Source: Oceanispirochaeta sp. (GTDB taxonomy: Bacteria > Spirochaetota > Spirochaetia > DSM-2461). From it: a stretch of 64,000 nt of DNA. Position numbers and translations under genes: made by a program. Positions 1-8,564 of this stretch are shown in pieces. Every line of letters begins with the position of its first letter. The stretch's first letter is position 1. The stretch lies in NCBI GenBank assembly GCA_963666275.2, contig CAXXOA010000002.1, positions 1,376,001-1,440,000 on the forward strand. Reading direction: 5' to 3'. The notes beneath the pieces were generated by a model. The model did no database searches, had not been told where the DNA came from, and was given only the letters and a program-made list of their open reading frames with translations.

Positions 1-372
1 AGAGTGGATGGACAGAACCTCTTCGACTCGGCCCGGGGAGTCCCCCGGCCGGAGGAAAAACCGGTTATGGCTGATGTGTGGAACCATGTGGTTCCCAATC
101 CCTGTGTGGGGAGGGTCTTTTCCCACAGGGGCCGGTGGTATCTCTACAGCTACAACACCACGTCCTTCCGGGATGAGCTTTACAGTCTTGACTCTTCAGG
201 ATCCCTGGAGAATCTGATCGATAGGGAAGAGGCTCCTGTTCAGGAGGGGATCATCCGGATGTATGAAGCCCTCTCCGCCGATGCCCGGTGGGATGTGTAC
301 AACTGCTATTTCAAACTGGAACATGCGGAAGATCTGGGGCTGAAACCCGGAGATAACCAGAAGTTCGAATAA
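1..372 (+). CDS. Hypothetical protein, probably 5'-truncated by the window edge
   Basis: Frame is open from base 1 to TAA at 370-372 and is followed by a hairpin; no family recognised. Confidence 0.6.
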   Translation, partial: RVDGQNLFDSARGVPRPEEKPVMADVWNHVVPNPCVGRVFSHRGRWYLYSYNTTSFRDELYSLDSSGSLENLIDREEAPVQEGIIRMYEALSADARWDVYNCYFKLEHAEDLGLKPGDNQKFE

Positions 373-379
373 CAGAGAC

Positions 380-404
380 CTGCCCGGGGGCGGCTCCGGG
401 CAGC
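380..404. terminator. GC-rich hairpin between convergent genes
   Basis: CTGCCCGG...CCGGGCAG inverted repeat between stops at 372 (+) and 405 (-); no U-tract. Confidence 0.5.
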
Positions 405-1157
405 TTACTTCAACCCGCCCAGAAGCTGCTCCAGCACGGCATTTCCAATGTGCAGGCCGAACATGCCCGTAACGGTAGGAAGGCTTCCCAGGACCCGGCG
501 TTCTCTGCCCCGGTCCAGGATCTGCTCATTCCCTTCGGGCTTCTCCTCCTGGGAGGGGTCTTTGTAGTCGTAATCTACCTGTTCGGATGAATAGATAGCG
601 GTGATGCCCTTTCCCACGCCCCGGCGGCGGAGTTTCTGCCTGACCTGACGGGCCAGGGGGCACATATGGGTTTTCATCAGATCCGATTTATGGATCGCAA
701 AGGGGTCTGTTCTGAGGGCGGCCCCCATGGAAGAAACTATGGGGATTCCCGCTTTCCAGGAGTACTCCAGCAGGGTGAGCTTCGGGGCCATCGAATCGAT
801 CGCATCCACCAGGATATCCGGTTTGATCCGGAAGATCTCCTCCATGGTTTCGTTGTGGGCAAAACCGGGGAAAATCTCCACCCGGCATTCCGGATTGATA
901 TCTTCCACCCGCTGTCTGGCCGCTTCCACTTTCAGAACCCCCAGGGTCGACTCCAGCGCCAGAAGCTGTCTGTTTATATTGGTTCTGTTGACCCTGTCAA
1001 AATCTACAAGCTGGAAATTGCCGATACCGCTCCGGGCCAGGGATTCCAGGGCGTATCCCCCGACCGCTCCCATGCCGACGATAGTCACTCTCTTTTCCGA
1101 AAGGGCTTCGCGCCTTTCCTGTCCTATCAATCTGTCAATTCGTAAAAACCGCTCCAT
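405..1157 (-). CDS. tcdA: tRNA threonylcarbamoyladenosine dehydratase (ThiF/E1-like)
   Basis: GMGAVG Rossmann motif, DFDRV..TNINRQ, DAIDS, SSMGAA, CPLARQVRQKLR, YSSE and GSLPTVTGMFG match TcdA/CsdL. Confidence 0.88.
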   Translation of the reverse strand: MERFLRIDRLIGQERREALSEKRVTIVGMGAVGGYALESLARSGIGNFQLVDFDRVNRTNINRQLLALESTLGVLKVEAARQRVEDINPECRVEIFPGFAHNETMEEIFRIKPDILVDAIDSMAPKLTLLEYSWKAGIPIVSSMGAALRTDPFAIHKSDLMKTHMCPLARQVRQKLRRRGVGKGITAIYSSEQVDYDYKDPSQEEKPEGNEQILDRGRERRVLGSLPTVTGMFGLHIGNAVLEQLLGGLK

Positions 1158-1848
1158 TCCTGATTATTAGCTCTTCCAGCGCTTCCCTGTCAACACCGAG
1201 TGTCCGGGAGGCATTGCTGTAGAGGGTATTCATCAGAGCCGGGTAGGGGCCCTGAGCATAGGGCCAGTCACTTTCGAGAAGGATCCTTTCCCGGGGGAGG
1301 TTCCGGACCATCTCCAGAAAATCCTCATTAGCCCAATGGTGACCGGGGCCCAGAGACAGAAAGGCTCCCTGTTTCAGAAACCGCCGGGCGGTTTCGATCT
1401 TCTCCCTGAAACCATGGATGAGAAAGGGGACCGGGAGCTTTTCCCGTTCCAGCAGCTCCGCCAGAACGCCCGGGGCATGAACCTGATGAAGAGCCAGAGG
1501 CCTGGCGTAGCGCCGGGCCAGGTGAAACTGTTCCCGCAGGATTGTAATCTGAAGCGACCGGGAGATTCTCCTGTAGAATCTCCTGTCCAGGCCGCACTCG
1601 CCGATGCCCCAGGTTTTCTGGCGGCTGATCAGACCGGCCAGGTCCGCCATCATCAGAGCCCTCAGTTTCTGATCCTCCGGTATCTCCATGGGATGAAGCC
1701 CTGCAAAGATTCTGAAGGAGGGATTCTTCTCCTCTTTCAGGAGTTTCCAGTCTCCCGGTTTGGAGGCACAGCTCAGGTACCTGTCTGTACCGGAAGGGGA
1801 AAAGTCAGGATCATGACAGCTGTGCATGTGGGCATCTAAAAGGGGCAA
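1135..1848 (-). CDS. tatD: TatD family metallo-hydrolase/DNase
   Basis: DAHMH, GLHP, IGECGLD, HGF and LLESDWP motifs; TTG start; overlaps tcdA. Confidence 0.88.
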   Translation of the reverse strand: MPLLDAHMHSCHDPDFSPSGTDRYLSCASKPGDWKLLKEEKNPSFRIFAGLHPMEIPEDQKLRALMMADLAGLISRQKTWGIGECGLDRRFYRRISRSLQITILREQFHLARRYARPLALHQVHAPGVLAELLEREKLPVPFLIHGFREKIETARRFLKQGAFLSLGPGHHWANEDFLEMVRNLPRERILLESDWPYAQGPYPALMNTLYSNASRTLGVDREALEELIIRNGAVFTN

Positions 1849-1849
1849 C

Positions 1850-2614
1850 CTAGAAGAACTCCTGCCGGAACAGGTTCAGTATTGTCAGGGCTACAACGGT
1901 AAGGAAAAACACCCGGATAAAGCCGGTCCCTTTCCGAATCACAAGATGGGACCCCAGCCAGGCGCCGCAGATCTGTCCCACCGCCATAACACCTCCTGCT
2001 ATAAAAATAACTTTTCCCCCCAGGAGGAACACCACAAGAGAGACGATGTTGCTTGTGAAGTTGGTCACTTTTGTATTGGCTGTGGCAGCTTTGAGATTGA
2101 ATCCCGCCAGTGTTACAAGGGATATGGTCCAGAACGAACCGGTTCCGGGCCCTATAAATCCATCATAAAATCCGATCACAAGCCCTGCCAGAGTGTAAAA
2201 AAGCCAGAGGGGGAGTTTTTCCCGGGACTCGGTTTTTCCAAGATCCGGACTGAACAGGGTATAGAGGAAGATTCCCAGCAGAAGAAAGGGGATTCCTTTC
2301 CGCAGGAAATCCGCTGAAATCCTCTGGATCAGCCAGGTTCCGCAGGCCGCGCCAATGAGAGTGGCGATCACGCCGATATAGAGCATCTCTTTTTTGACAA
2401 GCCCCGAGCCTGTGTAGCGGATAGCCGCCGTACTGGACCCGAAGGTCGACTGGAGTTTGTTGGTTGCCAGAGCCCTGTGGGGAGGCACTCCCACAGCCAT
2501 GAGGGCCGGGAGGGTTATCAGGCCGCCGCCGCCGGCGATGGAGTCCACAAAGCCGGCAATAAGTCCTGTAAAAAGGAGGAACATCAGTTTAAGAAAGGTG
2601 GGTTCGAATACCAT
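1850..2614 (-). CDS. TSUP (TauE/SafE, YfcA-like) transporter
   Basis: AGFVDSIAGGGGLITLP, ATNKLQS and GFYDGFIGPGTGSFW signatures; multiple TM segments. Confidence 0.9.
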   Translation of the reverse strand: MVFEPTFLKLMFLLFTGLIAGFVDSIAGGGGLITLPALMAVGVPPHRALATNKLQSTFGSSTAAIRYTGSGLVKKEMLYIGVIATLIGAACGTWLIQRISADFLRKGIPFLLLGIFLYTLFSPDLGKTESREKLPLWLFYTLAGLVIGFYDGFIGPGTGSFWTISLVTLAGFNLKAATANTKVTNFTSNIVSLVVFLLGGKVIFIAGGVMAVGQICGAWLGSHLVIRKGTGFIRVFFLTVVALTILNLFRQEFF

Positions 2615-2720
2615 GCCCTATCCTACTCCTCCGGAATCCTTTTGTATAGATTCCGGGCAATTTTACCTATAAGAAGTTATTTTGACCTCCCGGTCGTTGT
2701 AAACGTGGTATTTTCCGGCG

Positions 2721-2740
2721 TTGGCACACTTTTTGTATTA
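2721..2740 (+). promoter_or_regulatory. Sigma54 (-24/-12) promoter, TTGT variant
   Basis: TTGGCACACTTTTTGTATTA reads TGGCAC-N5-TTGT, about 50 nt upstream of the ATG at 2787. Confidence 0.6.
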
Positions 2741-2786
2741 CTGTCAGTAGAATATATGCGGCTGCCGCCGCCGGGAGAAAATAGAT

Positions 2787-3041
2787 ATGTTTGAACTGCT
2801 GTTTCTTGCTCTGATAGTCATAACGGGTGGTGTCCTGATGCTGAAGGTTCTGTTTTTCCTTCTGGGACTGGTCTTCACAAGCGTGGGATTCTTTCTGAAA
2901 ATCCTTGTTACAGGAATCTTCGGACTCCTGCTGCTGCCTCTGGGGGCTCTCTTTTCAGGCGGGTTTCTTTTTATCATTGCCGCATTCATAGCTCTGGGAG
3001 CTCTGATCCGGGAGAGAGCCCCTGAGGAAAGAAGGCGATAA
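2787..3041 (+). CDS. Small membrane protein, PspG-like
   Basis: 84 aa, almost entirely hydrophobic, MFELLF start, charged C-tail, GGGAGA RBS and sigma54-type promoter. Confidence 0.7.
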   Translation: MFELLFLALIVITGGVLMLKVLFFLLGLVFTSVGFFLKILVTGIFGLLLLPLGALFSGGFLFIIAAFIALGALIRERAPEERRR

Positions 3042-3121
3042 AGACCTGTTGTCCCCGGGAGTTCTGTACTATAATAGCCCTAGTCTGTTAAAGACGGAAT
3101 ACCACTCCCGGAGGATCTGTT

Positions 3122-3415
3122 ATGTATACCGCCACCATCGAATATACCTTCAAAGAAGAAGGATTTAAAGAAGCCTGTGAAATCTGGGAGAAGAGTGTTC
3201 TGACCCTGGCCCGCCAGCAGGAGGGATTTGTAAGGATGCAGTTTCTGACAGCTCCTCCGAAAGCCCTCGCCATGGGAACCTGGCAGGATGCCAGCTATGC
3301 CCAGGCTTTTATGCAGACCGGAGTCTTCAAAGATCTTCTTGAAAAACTCCAGCCCCTGCTGGAAGGGGATCCCCGTCCGAAAATATGGGATCTTGCCTAC
3401 TTTGCTCAGGCATGA
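3122..3415 (+). CDS. Antibiotic biosynthesis monooxygenase (ABM/Dabb) family protein
   Basis: 97 aa with ARQQEGF and W....AQAFM pattern; GGAGG RBS. Confidence 0.75.
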   Translation: MYTATIEYTFKEEGFKEACEIWEKSVLTLARQQEGFVRMQFLTAPPKALAMGTWQDASYAQAFMQTGVFKDLLEKLQPLLEGDPRPKIWDLAYFAQA

Positions 3416-3427
3416 TTGTATTAGGAT

Positions 3428-4897
3428 ATGACTCTACTCTGGTACGATCTTGAAACATTTGGAAGAAATCCCCGTTGGGACAGGGTGGCCCAGTTTGCCG
3501 CTGTCCGGACAAATGATAAATTTGAGCCCATAGAAGATCCTATAGTCCTGTTCTGCCGGATCACCCCTGATTATGTTCCCGACCCCTACGCCTGTCTGAT
3601 CACAGGAATTACTCCCCAGGAAACCCTGGAGAAGGGACTGCGGGAGTATGATTTTATTAAAGCTATCGATAAGGAATTTTCCCGGCCCGGCACCTGTGTG
3701 GTGGGGTATAACAGCATCCGTTTTGACGATGAGTTTATCCGCAGCCTCTATTACAGAAACTTCTATGACCCCTACAGACGGGAGTGGGCCGACGGGAATT
3801 CCCGCTGGGACATTCTTGACCTGGTACGGGCGACCCATGATCTGAGGCCCGAGGGGATCAGCTGGATCTATACGGAAGAGGGAAAACCCCAGTTCAAACT
3901 GGAAAAACTCACAGAGGCCAATGGGATCACCCATGAACATGCCCATGACGCTCTCTCGGATGTGTACGCCACCATTGCCATGGCCAAACTGATTTCGGAC
4001 AAACAGCCCAAGCTGTTCCGCTGGGTGTTCCATCACAGAAAGAAAGACGATCTGCGGAAAGTCATCAATCTGGAAACCCGGGAACCCTTTCTCCATACGT
4101 CGGGTATGCTGACCAGTGTAAAGGGATGTACCACCATGATGGCCCCCCTTGTCACCGATCCTGTGGTAAGCAGTAAAATTCACTGCTTTGACCTGAGGGT
4201 GGATCCGGCCTCTCTGATGGAGCTGGATGTGGAGGGAATCCGATACAGGCTTTTCACCCCTTCCCGGCAGCTGGAGGAGGAAGGGCTGGAACGTATCCCC
4301 ATCAAGGGAATCCATCTGGGGAAATGCCCTGTCGTGGCACCGCTGAATACCCTGGACGATCAGGCGGCGGAGAGGCTGGGAATCGATCGGGAGCTGTGCC
4401 GGAAACACTGGGAAACTCTCCAGTCCGATCCCGCCCTGCTTCAGAAAGTGCGGAAGGTCTTTGAAAAAGAGACAGCCCTCTATCCGGGAGACGAAGATCC
4501 GGACCTGCAGATCTATTCGGGAGGATTCTTCCGGGATGACGACAAGGCCCGGCTCAGGATCATCCACGAAACCCCGGCGGAAGAGCTGAAAACCCTGAAC
4601 CTGCAGTTCCATGACTCCCGGATCCCCGAAATGTTCCGCCGCTTTATCGGACGGAACTTTCCCCAGACCCTGGACGAAGAGGATATGCGCATATGGAAGA
4701 GCTCCTGTGCCTCCAGGATTCTCTTTCCCAAAGCCCGGGACGTGGTAGACCACGGAGAGTTCCTCAAAATCCTGGAAAAACTGAAATACTCCACCGACGT
4801 GAGCCCCAGAGAAAAGATGGTGGTCAAAGCCCTGGTCGAGTACGAAGGCATCCTCCAGGCTCAGGTGCTGAGCCACTCAAACAAAAAGGACAGGTAA
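3428..4897 (+). CDS. sbcB: Exodeoxyribonuclease I
   Basis: DEDDh motifs WYDLETFG, GYNSIRFDDE, SRWDILD, FKLEKL, HAHDALSDVYAT; C-terminal DLQIYSGGFF and RNFP. Confidence 0.93.
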   Translation: MTLLWYDLETFGRNPRWDRVAQFAAVRTNDKFEPIEDPIVLFCRITPDYVPDPYACLITGITPQETLEKGLREYDFIKAIDKEFSRPGTCVVGYNSIRFDDEFIRSLYYRNFYDPYRREWADGNSRWDILDLVRATHDLRPEGISWIYTEEGKPQFKLEKLTEANGITHEHAHDALSDVYATIAMAKLISDKQPKLFRWVFHHRKKDDLRKVINLETREPFLHTSGMLTSVKGCTTMMAPLVTDPVVSSKIHCFDLRVDPASLMELDVEGIRYRLFTPSRQLEEEGLERIPIKGIHLGKCPVVAPLNTLDDQAAERLGIDRELCRKHWETLQSDPALLQKVRKVFEKETALYPGDEDPDLQIYSGGFFRDDDKARLRIIHETPAEELKTLNLQFHDSRIPEMFRRFIGRNFPQTLDEEDMRIWKSSCASRILFPKARDVVDHGEFLKILEKLKYSTDVSPREKMVVKALVEYEGILQAQVLSHSNKKDR

Positions 4898-5257
4898 CTC
4901 AGACGGGTCTCTCACGGAACAGTAGGGAAAAACAGCCAAGCAGTACAGAACCCCCAGGTGGTAAAGGGTAAACGCCAAGCTGTAAGTAACCTCTAGGAAA
5001 GGGTGTGGAAAAGCTGTGCTGAGGGTTACCGCAACCCCCAGGTGGTAAAGGGTAGACGCCAAGCTGTAAGGAACACCCTAGGAAAGGGCGTGGGGAAAGC
5101 TGTGCTGAGGGTTACCGCAACCCCCAGGTGGTAAAGGGTAGACGCCAAGCTGTAAGGAAACCCCTAGGAAAGGGCGTGGGGAAAGCTGTGCTGAGGGTTA
5201 CCGGAACACCCAGGTGGTAAAGGGTAGACGCCAAGCTGTAAGGAACACCCTAAGAAA

Positions 5258-5277
5258 GGGCAATTCATGAATTGCCC
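5258..5277. repeat. REP-type perfect palindrome GGGCAATTCATGAATTGCCC, copy 1
   Basis: 20-bp perfect palindrome; the minus strand reads GTATGGGCAATTCATGAATTGCCC. Confidence 0.85.
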
Positions 5278-5480
5278 ATACACCGTGACAGGCAACCCTC
5301 ACCGTGAAAGGTAAGAGCTCCCCGGCGCTCTGTCCCTTCTCTGCCGACTCTCACCGGAACACCCGACTGCTGAACGGTAGACGCCAAGCTGTAAGGAACA
5401 CCCTAGGAAAGGGCGTGGAAAAGCTGTACCCCCCAGGTGGTAAAGGGTAAACACCAAGCTGTAAGGAACACCCTAGGAAA

Positions 5481-5500
5481 GGGCAATTCATGAATTGCCC
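5481..5500. repeat. REP-type perfect palindrome, copy 2
   Basis: Identical 20-mer. Confidence 0.85.
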
Positions 5501-5871
5501 ATACACCGTGACAGGCAACCCTCACCGTGAAAGGTAAGAGCTCCCCGGCGCTCTGTCCCTTCTCTGCCGACTCTCACCGGAACACCCGACTGCTGAAGGG
5601 TAAACGCCAAGCTGTAAGTAAACCCCTAGGAAAGGGCGTGGAAAAGCTGTGCTGAGGGTTACTGTACCCCCCAGGTGGTAAAGGGTAAACGCCAAGCTGT
5701 AAGTAACCCCAAGGAAAGGGCGTGGAAAAGCTGTGCTGAGGGTTACTGTACCCCCCAGGTGGTAAAGGGTAGACGCCAAGCTGTAAGTAACCCCTAGGAA
5801 AGGGCGTGGAAAAGCTGTACCCCCCAGGTAGTAAAGGGTAGACGCCAAGCTGTAAGGAACACCCTAGGAAA

Positions 5872-5891
5872 GGGCAATTCATGAATTGCCC
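5872..5891. repeat. REP-type perfect palindrome, copy 3
   Basis: Identical 20-mer. Confidence 0.85.
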
Positions 5892-6009
5892 ATACACCGT
5901 GACTGGCAACCCTCTCCCTGAAAGGTAAGAGCTCCCCGGCGCTTGGTCCCTTCTCTGCCGACTCTCGCCGGAACTCCCGGCTGCTGAAGGGAGTCGAAAG
6001 GCCTGAAGC

Positions 6010-6996
6010 TCAGTCTATCCTGTAGGTGAAGGACAAGAGGGGTAGGGGGAAGAACCTTTTCTCTCCGCCCAGGCCCTCTACAATGTAGTCACCTTCTTCC
6101 CGTGAGATCATAACAGGCAGTATGGCTCCTATATCCCAGCTGAACTTTTCACCGGCGATCCGGAAGGCTATCCCCGGTACGATCCCCATGGGAAGGGCAT
6201 CCCACTCGTAACGGGTGTGGTAGTCTTTGTCGCCGTAGCTGTCTATGTAGGGATTGATGTAGTGGGGCATCCGGCCCCAGATAATCCAGTTCTCCGTAAC
6301 AATGGCCGCCGTGTCGGACATGACCCATTTACCGCCCAGCACCAGTACCGCGCCGTCCAGGTCTGTTCCCGTTCCGTCGTACCCGATGGCGGCTCCCGCG
6401 GCGGCTGTGAAATTGTGTTCCGGTCTGCCCAGGGAGTATACCGTATAGGGCAGGAACACTCCCATAAAGTCGATCCAGGAGGCACCGGCAAAGGACCCCA
6501 CCGAGAGAGCCTGTCTTTGACTGAGATTGAAGGTGTACCGGGCACTGACAAGAGCCCCGGGGATGCTTATCCCTCCCCAGAGGCTCACATGGTCATTCAG
6601 ACCGTAACTCATGGTGACTGCGGCAATTTCCTGATCCGAAACATGGAACTCTCCCGTTTCCATGGGAAAACCCGTGGGAATGACAAGGAGCCTGTTTGAA
6701 GCGGAATCCTGATAGTAGGAGCGTTTGTCCTCTCCCTCCACTATGCTCCAGGCCCGGGTGACTGAAGATCTTAATAATGTGATGAGTCTGCCGTCCCGGT
6801 CTGCCAGGACCAGCTTTTCCTGATCAATTTCATACAGTATGCCCTGAAAAGTGGCTCCGCTCCGGGTTTCGATCCTGAGGAACATATTCTGATATTCCGG
6901 GATCTCCTCCGGCTCTACCGGACGCGTCTGACCAGCTGCGGGAAACAAAAGAATTAAAGCGGTAATACAGAGAAAAATCCATGAAGAGAATTTCAT
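6010..6996 (-). CDS. Exported hypothetical protein, possibly outer-membrane
   Basis: Signal peptide, GGAGG RBS, Gly/aromatic-rich strand-like C-terminal half ending FTYRID. Confidence 0.75.
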   Translation of the reverse strand: MKFSSWIFLCITALILLFPAAGQTRPVEPEEIPEYQNMFLRIETRSGATFQGILYEIDQEKLVLADRDGRLITLLRSSVTRAWSIVEGEDKRSYYQDSASNRLLVIPTGFPMETGEFHVSDQEIAAVTMSYGLNDHVSLWGGISIPGALVSARYTFNLSQRQALSVGSFAGASWIDFMGVFLPYTVYSLGRPEHNFTAAAGAAIGYDGTGTDLDGAVLVLGGKWVMSDTAAIVTENWIIWGRMPHYINPYIDSYGDKDYHTRYEWDALPMGIVPGIAFRIAGEKFSWDIGAILPVMISREEGDYIVEGLGGEKRFFPLPLLSFTYRID

Positions 6997-7098
6997 ATTT
7001 TCCTCCTGTCTCTTTCAATTCTAATCTAAAATGAGAGGTTTTGCGGGTTCCGGGAGGAGAATGTTCTCCCCCTCTTGAAAAGGCTGGGGCCGGGTGTT

Positions 7099-8046
7099 TT
7101 AAACGTGATTGAGCAGACCCAGCTCCACGGGATGAGGATTCAGAAAGTACTGTTTCAGCAGATAGGGCTCCTGATACTTTCTGGTGTAATGACGCAGCAG
7201 GGTGACCGGTACGATCAGAGGGGTGGCTCCGGTATGGTAGTTCTCCATCTCCTCCTGCAGCTCTTTCCGTTCGTCCTCTGACAGGTTCTTCCGGAAGTAC
7301 CCGGCTATATGCAGCAGGGTATTGTAGTTCTTTTTGACTGTCTTTTTCGTATTCAGGCTGTCCAGGAGCCGGGCCAGATAGGCCTCCTTCCGCTCTTCCA
7401 GAGAGATCTCCTGTGAACCGGAACAGAGTTTACCCAGATCTTTCAGAATCGAGGGACTGTGAGCCATAAGGGTGTATTTATGACAGCTGTGGAATTCCAC
7501 AAGTTCCTTCATACCTCCGGGAGCAACCATCTCTCTCCATCTCTGGAGCACAAAAATAGTCTCTATAAAATTCTCCCGGATTCCCGGATCATTCAGACGC
7601 CCTTCATCCTCCACGGGAATATGGGGAAACCTCTTCATATAGGCGGCGGCAAAGAGACCCACTCCTTTGTAGCTGATGGGTTCTCCTGTCTCTTTGTAGA
7701 CTTTGACCGCTCTCATTCCGCTGGAGGGGCTCTTGGTTTTGAATATGAAGGCAACCAGGTCCTCTTTTTCAAGTTCCTCCAGCCGCCTGGTAATCCAGGT
7801 CTGCATCTTTTCGGTATGGTCGATTTTTGTTTTCCCTGTCATCAGACGGGGATTTTCAACAGATCCGACAAGGCGCATGGTTTCCCGGGGGATAGGCAGG
7901 CCGCACTCCACTTCCGGACAGACCGGAACAAAGTCACACCACTGACCCAGAGTGTCGTGGATAAAATGATCCAGTTTTGATTGTCCGTCATAGCGGACCT
8001 TGTTACCCAGAAGACAGCTGCTGATACCTACCCTGATTTTTTTCAT
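7099..8046 (-). CDS. YbgA family protein (DUF523 2-thiouracil desulfurase-like + DUF1722)
   Basis: GISSCLLG..VRYDG, CPEVECGLPIPRE, KSPSSG, VEDEGRLND, ENF, FHS.HKY.LMAH. Confidence 0.9.
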   Translation of the reverse strand: MKKIRVGISSCLLGNKVRYDGQSKLDHFIHDTLGQWCDFVPVCPEVECGLPIPRETMRLVGSVENPRLMTGKTKIDHTEKMQTWITRRLEELEKEDLVAFIFKTKSPSSGMRAVKVYKETGEPISYKGVGLFAAAYMKRFPHIPVEDEGRLNDPGIRENFIETIFVLQRWREMVAPGGMKELVEFHSCHKYTLMAHSPSILKDLGKLCSGSQEISLEERKEAYLARLLDSLNTKKTVKKNYNTLLHIAGYFRKNLSEDERKELQEEMENYHTGATPLIVPVTLLRHYTRKYQEPYLLKQYFLNPHPVELGLLNHV

Positions 8047-8564
8047 ACAAATACACTCTCACCCCTACAGTCGATCGCGACGATAACCGGAAAGTCTTTG
8101 ACTTCCAGTTTGTATATGGCTTCAGGGCCCAGATCCTCAAAGGCAAGCACCTCGCTTTTGACGATCCTGTCGGAATAGAGGGCTCCGCAGCCGCCGAAGG
8201 CATAGAGAAAAACCGCACCGTTCCGTTTAATCGCATCGTATACGTCCCGGTTCCGGTTCCCTTTTCCTATCATACCATACAATCCGCGGTCCAGGAGGGC
8301 CGGGGCAAAGGGATCCATCCTACCGGCTGTAGTCGGGCCGGCGGAACCTATCACCCGGCCTTCCGGTGTCGGGCTGGGGCCCATGTAGTAGATGATGTTT
8401 CCCTCAAGTTCTATGGGGAGTTCCCGGTTCTGCTCAATCAGCTGAATCAGCCGCTGATGGGCCTGGTCTCTTCCCACATAAATGGTACCGTTCAGCCGCA
8501 GTTCCTCTCCTACGGATAACTCTTTTATAAGCTCTCTGGTCAAAGGCAGTTGTATCTCTCTCAT
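8043..8564 (-). CDS. Class I fumarate hydratase/tartrate dehydratase beta subunit
   Basis: RDQAH, YYMGPSP, GSAGPTTAGRMD, GKG, EDLGPEAI. Confidence 0.92.
   Translation of the reverse strand: MREIQLPLTRELIKELSVGEELRLNGTIYVGRDQAHQRLIQLIEQNRELPIELEGNIIYYMGPSPTPEGRVIGSAGPTTAGRMDPFAPALLDRGLYGMIGKGNRNRDVYDAIKRNGAVFLYAFGGCGALYSDRIVKSEVLAFEDLGPEAIYKLEVKDFPVIVAIDCRGESVFV

Larger units (their letters stand above)
4949..5991. repeat. Mosaic interspersed repeat array (BIME/REP-like): 10 copies of a core unit joined by alternative linker modules
   Basis: Core GGTARACGCCAAGCTGTAAGKAAC(A)CCCTAGGAAAGGG recurs with its CGCCAAGC at 4973, 5057, 5143, 5229, 5382, 5452 (CACCAAGC variant), 5605, 5690, 5774 and 5843. 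Spacings are 84, 86, 86, 153, 70, 153, 85, 84 and 69. The array lies between convergent genes. Confidence 0.95.

Noticed and set aside
3434..4876. Long antisense ORFs (also 20607-21575, 27120-28202, 41859-42875, 53826-54671)
   Set aside because: These are shadow frames of well-supported genes on the opposite strand, with no recognisable motifs.
4877..5909. Repetitive ORFs 4877-5062, 5522-5848 and 5574-5909 (LYHLGG.../LQLGVYP...)
   Set aside because: Unit lengths are often not multiples of three (85, 86, 70), frames shift between copies and there is no RBS, so these are by-products of the DNA repeat.
4949..5991. CRISPR array interpretation of the repeat region
   Set aside because: The segments between cores are themselves repeated rather than unique spacers, the period varies from 69 to 153 bp, and no cas genes or AT-rich leader are present.
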